A stretch of DNA of 64,000 nt, from sequence record AJ697969.1. The stretch is one strand, 5' to 3'. The stretch is from Pseudomonas phage EL. Shown one piece after another: positions 47,595 to 55,366 of this stretch (positions are counted from its first letter, which is position 1; each line of letters opens with the position of its first letter). The notes beneath the pieces were generated by a model that had not been told where the DNA came from, did no database searches, and was given only the letters and a program-made list of their open reading frames with translations. A program made the position numbers and the translations under genes.

Positions 47595-49354
47595 ATAGTG
47601 ATGCATGATATAAACTCACTATACAACTCCTATTGTATGCGGAAGTGTTCGCATTCGACCATAAGGAGTTGTAAAGATGCTAACGTGTTTTGGAAAGAAA
47701 TACGTGTTGTCTACAACCAACACGGTTTACAATGTCACCGATAAGACAGATGTTCCAGTCCATCGGATGACAGACGGGAATACGTTCTTCATCGCACGGG
47801 GCGATGAAAACGAACTGGTTAAGATCAAACTGGGGTTAATGATCCTCCATGGAGAAGGAAAGTTCCATCTTCCTCTCTCTGAATGGGAACAGGTGAAAGT
47901 AGGTTTTCTGGATGACGATACAGGAAACTTTGCAGCGGATAACCTTTACTTGGTCTATCCTGAAGAGGGCATCCCTTACCCTGAACTCTCTGGGTACTAC
48001 TACATCCCTGGGTTTGAACTCAACGCAATCAACCGAGACGGTGTGGTATACCGAACAGTTAGAAAGAATCTTTACCCACCGTATCTGGGTGGTAACACCG
48101 TTCCTAACAGTTTCTACCCCTTTGTTCGACTGGATGTGGTCAGTGGGGATGAACGCAAGTATGTCCACCGGCTACTGGCGGAGACCTTCGGTAAGCCGCC
48201 TAAGGGCTACCCCAAGCTACTGGTCGACCATAATGACGGTAACAAGATGAACTTCAAGCTCTTTAACTTGATTTGGGTTACCGCTAAGGACAACTCCTTC
48301 AAAGCGTACAACAATCAAGAAGCGAGAGCGGACAATAATCCCTTGGAGGTTTTTGACAGGGAATTAGGTCAAGTCTTTAAGTACGTCAGTCAAAATGAGT
48401 TTGCGAGAACCATGGAGGTGGATTCTTGGTGCATTAGTCTGGTACTCAAACGTCCTCGTTCAGTGTACAAGAACAGGTACGTTCTTCGTCGGAAGGGAGA
48501 TACACGTGACTTCCAAGAGATCTGGGACTATAAGCCCCCTGTGGGTAAGAAGATCCTTGCCCGGAATGTCTTCACCGGTGAAATCACGGTGTATAATTCA
48601 TTGGCGGAGGCCTCTAGAGCAACACAGGTAGGGACAACAGGCATCCTGACGTCCCTGAGTAACACCAACCCGAGATCCGCCTTTAAAGACCTTCAATTCA
48701 AGCGGGAGTCTGACGAGACCCCTTGGCCTGATTTGAATGAATACGAACTGGAATGCATCCGGCGCAAGATGCACCCTGCTACAGCTGTGTATGAAATGTT
48801 TGATTCGGTAACCCAGGAGACGTCGATTGTGTATGGCGTTGATGCAGTTACCCGAATCACCGGAGCCAATCCCCGTACCGTTATCGTTTGCGCACGAGAA
48901 GGTAAGTTGCTCCATTCCCGTTATCGTTTCAAGAAACTTACACGTTAACGAGTTTATATCCATCACTTAGTCCGGCTAGGCACGAAAGTCCTAGACCGTA
49001 TTCCTCTGAATTGCTGGGAGTTCACAAAAGTCTGTTGGCTACAACGTAACTGGAAACAGTAAGCGTGAATGCGACCGAAAGGTAGAAAGAACAACAGACC
49101 TGACCTACGCTAACCAATAACGCTAAGGGTCGTAAACAAGGGACAATCAGCCGCTAAGACGCTACCGGGTATTAAACCCTATGCGTAAAGTTCAACGACT
49201 AAGGGAGTTATGACCCTGTACACCTACCAAGGAAGGGGGTGGAAGTGGAGGAGACCTAAGGGGGAATAGACCTATTCCCTACGGTCAAGATATAGTCTGG
49301 CCCTGTTTAATAAACAGGCAGGCACCTGAGTGTGCCGGGTCCTAGTACGGACTG
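47592..49354 (+). mobile_element. group I intron (about 1.76 kb) carrying an HNH homing endonuclease ORF
   Basis: Core elements downstream of the ORF: P-like CTGAATTGCTGGGAG (~49016), Q-like AATCAGCCGC (~49158), R GTTCAACGACTAAGG (49188-49202), S CAAGATATAGTCTGG (~49289-49303). These match the Tetrahymena intron R GUUCACAGACUAAA and S AAGAUAUAGUCGG. Then P9-type hairpins cctgtttaataaacagg, ggcacctgagtgtgcc, gtcctagtacggac. Boundaries are approximate and chosen to keep the frame. Confidence 0.6.
47677..48948 (+). CDS. HNH homing endonuclease (intron-encoded)
   Basis: 423 aa, AAGGAG SD. HNH core LLVDHNDGNKMNFKLFNLIWVT (H-x-DGNK-N....NL.WVT). Confidence 0.8.
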   Translation: MLTCFGKKYVLSTTNTVYNVTDKTDVPVHRMTDGNTFFIARGDENELVKIKLGLMILHGEGKFHLPLSEWEQVKVGFLDDDTGNFAADNLYLVYPEEGIPYPELSGYYYIPGFELNAINRDGVVYRTVRKNLYPPYLGGNTVPNSFYPFVRLDVVSGDERKYVHRLLAETFGKPPKGYPKLLVDHNDGNKMNFKLFNLIWVTAKDNSFKAYNNQEARADNNPLEVFDRELGQVFKYVSQNEFARTMEVDSWCISLVLKRPRSVYKNRYVLRRKGDTRDFQEIWDYKPPVGKKILARNVFTGEITVYNSLAEASRATQVGTTGILTSLSNTNPRSAFKDLQFKRESDETPWPDLNEYELECIRRKMHPATAVYEMFDSVTQETSIVYGVDAVTRITGANPRTVIVCAREGKLLHSRYRFKKLTR

Positions 49355-49546
49355 ACCACCGCGGGCGATCAATTGTCGAGCCATTCTGTTGTAGCGGAAG
49401 ACAGCAAACAACAGGCCTACGAACTCTTTGGGAAACGGGAGTATTACATCAGTGGTACGGGTCGGTTTTTGTACGATCCGATCAATGAACCGATTCTCTT
49501 TATGTTTAAAGCAGCGACGAGCGGCTTAGAGGATATTGAGGTATGA
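49355..49546 (+). CDS. putative exon 2 of the beta-prime-like gene (C-terminal ~63 codons)
   Basis: Frame-2 open stretch from 49346 (..TTAGDQLSSHSVVAEDSKQQAYELFGKREYYISGTGRFLYDPINEPILFMFKAATSGLEDIEV) ends in TGA overlapping ATG 49543 (ATGA). It has no start codon or SD of its own, consistent with an exon. Confidence 0.35.
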   Translation, partial: TTAGDQLSSHSVVAEDSKQQAYELFGKREYYISGTGRFLYDPINEPILFMFKAATSGLEDIEV

Positions 49547-52500
49547 GCAATCCAATTACGTATTCCGAGTTCTTTAAGCACTTTGTGCTGCGTAAGAAAC
49601 AAGACGTTGTAAACCCTAAAGTCCTGGGTATTGGTGAAGTGATCCTTCCTAAGGGGAGTTTACTGCACTTCGTACCGAAGACGATTAACGAAAAGGGACC
49701 GGGTAGTAGTGAAGCGTTTATCAGTAACTTCCCTAAAGAGGTCTTTATTGAGTTTGTAAGGGACGGGTATAAGCCGGTGATGGGGCATGGGCGGACAGTC
49801 GCCTATGACTACCCTAAGGCGGTTAAGGCGTACCGGGCGAGTCACTACATGTACAGCTGGGTGCGAGAGATCAGCACGGTGTACAACAAAGAGAACGTGT
49901 TGGTCGTTAAGAACTACGGGATGATTCCTCAGGGGTTCGTTTACCGTCCGAGTATTTTCGTGAATTATGAAAAATACTACAACATGATGCACCTGCTCAT
50001 TGAGAACATCAATGCAGAAGCCGAGAAAGGGGTGCGTCGGCAGTATATGCGGATTGACCTGCCGTTGAACCTGCCGTCCCTGGTTGAGCTTGAGAAAGAC
50101 TACGGACGGTTTATTGATGGGTTTAATGATGGGCATCCTGTCCTGATGCGCAATATGTTGGAGAGTACGAAGGCTGAGAACTGCTATTGGCTGTTGGACC
50201 TACTGGGGTTCCTGTTTGGCCAGTATTCGTTCAGTTTGTTCGGTAAACTCACCGACCAGGCGTATAAGGATTTGCATATCCTCTTTACGTCACAAAGTAA
50301 AGTCATTGTAGTACAACTGGGGCTGTTGAAGGGTTGGTTAGATGAAACAAATCCTAAAGACGAGAAAACCTACCCCTCTGCTCGGAAAGAGTTTGAAAGT
50401 CTGAAGACATTGACCCGCCATAATGCGGTTAAACGTTTCTATTTGGCTTTGATGAATCTTTCTCGTGGAGGCGTTCCTGAGAATGTACTCATTAAAGAGG
50501 AAACGAAAAATGTCATCCCAATTGCCGGAGAGAAAGGTACCGTTGACCAAGTGGCTGCGGGAACGTCACGAGAAGAAGAAGAAGAAACATCCAATCTTCC
50601 AGAAACCCGAGACCATACTGGCTCGGGCACGGTTCCCCGTGCTGATCGTCCTGCTGGTTCTATCCTTGATGTTTTCAGCCGAAGTGAAGGACCTGGCGAG
50701 GCACATGACGAAGAGCAAGACACAGCGGGAGAACGAGGTGCTGATTCAAATCTTGAAGAGTGGACATCGCCGGTAGATGATGAACTGCTGGAGGTGGAGA
50801 AAGTCCAAACCGAGATCAATACCAACAAGAATGTGTTTAAGACGCCTGAGAGTGGTGTAAAGCGGGCGTTGGAGGAGCGGGCTAAGGAAGGTACGCTGAC
50901 GGTGGCTGAACATGATTTCTTCATGCGTAAAGCGACCCGTTATCAGCACATTGAGATGGAGAACGGTCAAACGTTCGAAGAGTTCATTCAGATCAAACCC
51001 GAAGAGGTTAAAGACCTGGGTGGAGAGATTGAAGGTGAGTTTCTCCCCGTACTGGATGAGAGCATGTTGCGGAGTCGTGCCAAATCCCTCAAGATCGAAT
51101 ATCCTCAGAAGTTTTTACACCGGGATATTGGTCGAATGGTGTTGGGTCTTCAGAACGCTGGCTTTGCGATGAACGACTACCGGCGTGAGAAGGTCGTCAG
51201 CGTAGAAGGCAGTTACGAGGTCCACAGCATTCAGTTACACGAAGTCAATGGTGATCAGGTCACTGTACATACTCGGTTGCCTACGGTGCTGAAAGACGGC
51301 ACCTACGTCATTGATGGTGTTAAGCAACACATGCAACTGCAACGTCGGGAGAAACCTTTCCGGAAGATCAGTCCTCGGGAAGTGGTGCTGTCGAGCTATT
51401 ACGACCGTAAGCTCATGGTGAGTCGTAGTCCGAAGATGGTGGATAACCTCTCTACGTTCATGGTGAAGCAAATCTCCCTCCAGAGTAAGCGGAAAGGGTA
51501 TACGGTCACTAAAGGCAGTACGTGGGATCGCTCCCTTAAAGCCCCCCGGATTTACAGCATTCTGGCTCGTCAGTACAAGTACATTACTGTCGACGGGTTG
51601 GTATTGGACTTCCGGTTGAAGGATCTCCTGGAACTCCACCCTGAGTTCAAAGCCTATACCCGCCCTGATCGGTTCTTGATTGGGGTAAAAGACGGATTAC
51701 CTTTGATCATTGATGATTACGGTAACCTGTACAAAGGGGAAGAGGAACTCGGTACTGTTGAAGACTTGCTCGGTATTGATGTTCGTAAAGCGCCTTTGGA
51801 ACACGTGGTGATTAACATCAGCGGGTATTCGTTTCCGTTGGGAGTGGTCCTGTGCTTCTACTTCGGTATTGATGAACTGTTGCGGGTGATTAAAGCCACG
51901 ACGCGTTCGGTACCCGTAGGGACTCGCCCTAAATTGACGGAGGATGAATACGCGATTCAGTTCAATGACGAATACTTGATCTTTAACCGTCGGGAGAAGC
52001 TCACCACGTTGATCTTCGGTGGAATGCCGAAGTTGAACAACATCAGTAACTTCAGTCGGAGTGATTTGAATAATAACAGTATTTGGAGTGCGTTAATGGG
52101 AGACCCTCGGGTTCGCCCATCTCAGTTCCAGGAAATGAAGAACCTCTTCGATCTCTTTATCGATCCCATTACGAAAGACCTCTTGAAAGAGATGAAGCTG
52201 TCTGAAGACTTCCATTACTTGCTGATTGATGCGGCTAAGGCATTGGAAACGGATTACAGTCGACACGAGGTGGAGATTGAAGAGCAACGCATTGTAGGGT
52301 ATGAACGCTTCGCGGGTCATCTCTACACGGAATTTGTAAAGTCCATTCGTCAATACCGGAATAAGGGGAAAGGACGTAAACACAAACTGGACTTTAATCC
52401 GGACGCGGTTATTATTGCCATTGGTACTGACCGGTCTACGAACTTGGTGGAGGAAGTGAATCCAGTTCACCAAGTGAAGGACCAAGAGGAAGTGACGTTT

Positions 52501-52746
52501 GGGGGTACGGGTGGTCGTAGTGAAATCACCATGGTCAAACGCGCACGGACTCAGCTGGAGAGTTACAAAGGGGTCATCAGTGAAGCCAACAAGGACAGTG
52601 GTAAAGTGGGGTATGTGACCTACACCACCTCTGATCCGGGTATCGCTGATTTCCGAGGCAATGTTGATCCCAAGAACAAACGTACTCCTACCGGTGACGG
52701 TTCGGTAACTATGAACCTGATGTACGGTGGAACGCATGACGATTGA
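49543..52746 (+). CDS. multisubunit RNA polymerase beta-like subunit, N-terminal fragment (exon 1) with long phage-specific N-terminal extension
   Basis: 1067 aa. GTYVIDGVKQHMQLQ aligns with beta GTFIINGAERVVVSQL. NPVHQVKDQEEVTFGGTGGR aligns with beta Rif-region [20 protein letters not shown]. Acidic low-complexity segment (SREEEEETS..). GAGGA SD. Stop TGA 52744-46 at intron start. Confidence 0.7.
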   Translation: MSNPITYSEFFKHFVLRKKQDVVNPKVLGIGEVILPKGSLLHFVPKTINEKGPGSSEAFISNFPKEVFIEFVRDGYKPVMGHGRTVAYDYPKAVKAYRASHYMYSWVREISTVYNKENVLVVKNYGMIPQGFVYRPSIFVNYEKYYNMMHLLIENINAEAEKGVRRQYMRIDLPLNLPSLVELEKDYGRFIDGFNDGHPVLMRNMLESTKAENCYWLLDLLGFLFGQYSFSLFGKLTDQAYKDLHILFTSQSKVIVVQLGLLKGWLDETNPKDEKTYPSARKEFESLKTLTRHNAVKRFYLALMNLSRGGVPENVLIKEETKNVIPIAGEKGTVDQVAAGTSREEEEETSNLPETRDHTGSGTVPRADRPAGSILDVFSRSEGPGEAHDEEQDTAGERGADSNLEEWTSPVDDELLEVEKVQTEINTNKNVFKTPESGVKRALEERAKEGTLTVAEHDFFMRKATRYQHIEMENGQTFEEFIQIKPEEVKDLGGEIEGEFLPVLDESMLRSRAKSLKIEYPQKFLHRDIGRMVLGLQNAGFAMNDYRREKVVSVEGSYEVHSIQLHEVNGDQVTVHTRLPTVLKDGTYVIDGVKQHMQLQRREKPFRKISPREVVLSSYYDRKLMVSRSPKMVDNLSTFMVKQISLQSKRKGYTVTKGSTWDRSLKAPRIYSILARQYKYITVDGLVLDFRLKDLLELHPEFKAYTRPDRFLIGVKDGLPLIIDDYGNLYKGEEELGTVEDLLGIDVRKAPLEHVVINISGYSFPLGVVLCFYFGIDELLRVIKATTRSVPVGTRPKLTEDEYAIQFNDEYLIFNRREKLTTLIFGGMPKLNNISNFSRSDLNNNSIWSALMGDPRVRPSQFQEMKNLFDLFIDPITKDLLKEMKLSEDFHYLLIDAAKALETDYSRHEVEIEEQRIVGYERFAGHLYTEFVKSIRQYRNKGKGRKHKLDFNPDAVIIAIGTDRSTNLVEEVNPVHQVKDQEEVTFGGTGGRSEITMVKRARTQLESYKGVISEANKDSGKVGYVTYTTSDPGIADFRGNVDPKNKRTPTGDGSVTMNLMYGGTHDD

Positions 52747-53158
52747 GCTGTTGTGAAAACAATAGATCACTCAGTCCAACCAGGGAGTAATCCCTTGTTG
52801 CCATTACCTTTAATTGCGGGAACCTACTGAGAGCCTTATCTACCAAACCCGAGCAGGAAACCAACGGGTGGCCAACCATAACGGGTTGGGGACGGTAATA
52901 ACGATAAGGATTGGGGAACCCTACGCAGCGAAGCACCTACGTATTGTCGAGAGGACAAGATAGGGTGAACGTTCAACGACTACGGATGAAATTTCCGGTA
53001 GAGGTGTCAGGATGATACTTCCAAAAGTAAGGTTGCCCTGTATGCTTGAGGTGTGAATAACACTGAGTACAGGGATGAAATATAGTCTCGTCATCTAAGG
53101 GAAAACCTTAGAGCGTGGTGCTACGCGCACCGGCGGATAGGATATCCGTGAAGAAACG
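52744..53158 (+). ncRNA. group I intron (ORF-less, about 415 nt)
   Basis: P TTAATTGCGGGAACC (~52817; matches Tetrahymena AAAUUGCGGGAAA). Q-like CGCAGCG (~52945). R GTTCAACGACTACGG (52968-52982). S GATGAAATATAGTCTCG (~53073). Hairpins ctaaggGAAAAccttag, ggtgcTACGcgcacc, cggataGgatatccg. Boundaries are approximate. Confidence 0.55.
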
Positions 53159-53200
53159 GTCAAACGAGCAGTATTCACATCGACTCAGGCCTCTCAAGCA

Positions 53201-54277
53201 GTGATGGCTAAGAACTACGAGATCGTTACCCTGAGAACGGGTTACGAGAATGTACTGGCTCACCGGACCTCTGACCTCTACAGCAAAGTAGCCGCTGAAG
53301 ATGGTAAGGTCACTAAAGTGGAGAACGATCGCTTACTCGTCGAATACAAGGACGGAACAACGGACTCGTATCCCTTGGGGTTGGTGATTGGGGAAGCCAG
53401 TGGGGAATATCATCCCCACAGCCGTACCACAGATCTGAAGGTCGGAGATACCTTCCGTAAGGGAGATGTCATCGGTTGGGATGAAAACTGGTTCGGTCGA
53501 GATCCCTTCTGCCCAGGGCAAGTCGGGGTTAAGATGGGTAAAATGTGCCAGATCGTTATGGTGGAAGATCAGGATGTGTACGAGGACTCTATTGCAATTT
53601 CGAAAGAATTGGCGATGGAAGCACGTACCCCATTCATTAAACCCAGTCGGTTTGCCGAGGACGTGTCAAACAACCTGGTAATGCGGGTTAAGGTAGGAGA
53701 TTACGTCGAACAGGACACGATTTTATGTGATATCGAAGAGCCTCACTTGGTGGAGGGCGAGGAGCTTCCTGAGCTCGAAGCAGACATCAACAAACTCGGT
53801 ATCAAACAGATCCGTTCGAAGCATCATGGAAAGATCGTACACATCGATGTTCGGTACAACTCTCCCTTAGACAAGATGTCTGACTCGTTCCGTTCGTTCA
53901 TTGTTCAGAAGGATAAGGAAACGAAACGGAAAGGGTTGGTGGAAGGAACCGGTGTCGAGAACAATGCCATTTCCACGATGTTCAATCTTAATCGTCCCAT
54001 GTTAGGTCCAGGTAAGGCGTTCATTACGTTCTACATCGAGTCGTTAGACCCGAGTACCAATGCGGATAAGTATGTCATTGGGAACCAGATGAAAGCCACT
54101 GTGGGTCGTATCATGGAAAGACCGCTTAAGACCGCCAGTGGGATTGTCATTGATGTGAAGTCGAGCTTTAAAGGGATGTTTAACCGAATGGTGCTCAGTT
54201 TGAGGAACAAGCTGGTTGCTAACGAGTATGGTTACCAAATCACTCGCCAGGCCATTAAACTCTACAGAGGTAAATAA
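53201..54277 (+). CDS. RNA polymerase beta-like subunit, middle fragment (probable exon 2; open frame extends upstream to 53141)
   Basis: [23 protein letters not shown] aligns with beta [37 protein letters not shown] aligns with beta VSGTVIDVQVF. The annotated start is GTG/ATG 53201-53206 without a clear SD. Confidence 0.55.
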   Translation: [358 protein letters not shown]

Positions 54278-54279
54278 CG

Positions 54280-55158
54280 ATGAACTTCCGGACGAAGAAC
54301 GGTTACCGAGACCTGCAAGCGTTGGTTAAGGAACTGGGTCTTTATACCGGGCAGATTGACGGTGTGTGGGGGAAGGGAACTTCCTCCTCCACTGAAACCC
54401 TGCTCCGGGGGTATGCCGAGGTGGTGGGTAAGAATACCGGAGGTATCGGTCTCCCCACCACCTCGGATGCCAGTGGTTATAACGTCATTACAGCGCTCCA
54501 GCGTAATCTGGCCTTCTTGGGTCTCTATTCCCTGACTGTGGATGGTATTTGGGGGAATGGGACCTTGAGTGGCTTGGATAAGGCATTCGAGGTGTACAAG
54601 GAGCGTTACCGCACGCCGACCTACGACATTGCGTGGAGCGGTAAAGTCAGTCCTGCCTTTACGGCGAAAGTGAAGGATTGGTGCGGCGTTCATGTGCCGA
54701 ATCACCGAGCTCCTCATTGGCTGATGGCCTGTATGGCTTTTGAGACCGGCCAGACATTCAGCCCGTCTATTAAGAATGCGGCGGGTTCTGAAGCGTATGG
54801 GTTGATTCAATTCATGAGCCCAGCCGCCAATGATTTGAATGTTCCGTTGAGTGTGATTCGATCTATGGATCAGCTGACTCAATTGGACCTGGTCTTTAAG
54901 TACTTCGAAATGTGGATGAAACGGGGTAAGCGTTATACCCAGCTGGAAGATTTCTATTTGACGATCTTCCATCCGGCCTCAGTAGGTAAGAAGGCTGATG
55001 AAGTCCTCTTCCTTCAGGGGAGTAAAGCGTATCTCCAGAACAAGGGGTTCGATGTAGATAAGGATGGTAAGATCACCCTGGGTGAAATTTCTTCTACATT
55101 GTACACCACGTATTACAAAGGTCTGTTGCCTGAAAATCGTCACGTTATTTCGTATTGA
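54280..55158 (+). CDS. endolysin: two N-terminal peptidoglycan-binding repeats plus C-terminal SLT-type lytic transglycosylase
   Basis: PG_binding-like repeats DLQALVKELGLYTGQIDGVWGKGT and ALQRNLAFLGLYSLTVDGIWGNGT. SLT motif MAFETGQTFSP...AYGLIQFMSPAA (E-S/T...GLxQ). Confidence 0.75.
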   Translation: MNFRTKNGYRDLQALVKELGLYTGQIDGVWGKGTSSSTETLLRGYAEVVGKNTGGIGLPTTSDASGYNVITALQRNLAFLGLYSLTVDGIWGNGTLSGLDKAFEVYKERYRTPTYDIAWSGKVSPAFTAKVKDWCGVHVPNHRAPHWLMACMAFETGQTFSPSIKNAAGSEAYGLIQFMSPAANDLNVPLSVIRSMDQLTQLDLVFKYFEMWMKRGKRYTQLEDFYLTIFHPASVGKKADEVLFLQGSKAYLQNKGFDVDKDGKITLGEISSTLYTTYYKGLLPENRHVISY

Positions 55159-55189
55159 TTCACCTTCTTTTCCGTAGGAGAGTTTCCCT

Positions 55190-55366
55190 GTGAAAGCAGA
55201 ACTAATCAACAATGTCATTGCACTGGCGAATACCGCGGAGTTCGTTAAACAGACGATCCGTAAGGTAGGGCTGGAGTACATTGCGCCGCTGGATCCCAGT
55301 ATTCAGGCTGAGAAGATCAGCAAGGCCCTCACGAAGCGTGTTGTTAAACAAGGAGCGAACCAATGA
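55190..55366 (+). CDS. small hypothetical protein (not in the ORF track)
   Basis: GTG start with AGGAGA SD 9 nt upstream. 58 codons. Stop TGA overlaps ATG of next gene (ATGA). Confidence 0.35.
   Translation: MKAELINNVIALANTAEFVKQTIRKVGLEYIAPLDPSIQAEKISKALTKRVVKQGANQ

Noticed and set aside
47677-48948. HNH endonuclease as a free-standing intergenic homing gene (T4 seg/mob style) rather than intron-encoded
   Set aside because: Not fully excluded. However, the adjacent P/Q/R/S core, the in-frame stop exactly at the putative 5' splice site and an SD-less open frame coupled by ATGA to the next gene make the intron model more economical.
49188-49202. GTTCAACGACTA read as a possible tRNA T-arm (GTTC..A) in the 590-nt ORF-free region
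   Set aside because: No acceptor or anticodon stem can be built around it. The sequence, together with AAGATATAGTC about 100 nt downstream, fits the group I intron R/S (P7) pair much better. The same pair recurs at 52968 and 53075.
50560-50800. Acidic low-complexity segment (EEEEETS.. DEEQD..) inside the beta-like ORF as a possible separate gene or repeat
   Set aside because: It is in frame and continuous with flanking conserved sequence. It is likely a disordered linker of the N-terminal extension rather than an independent element.
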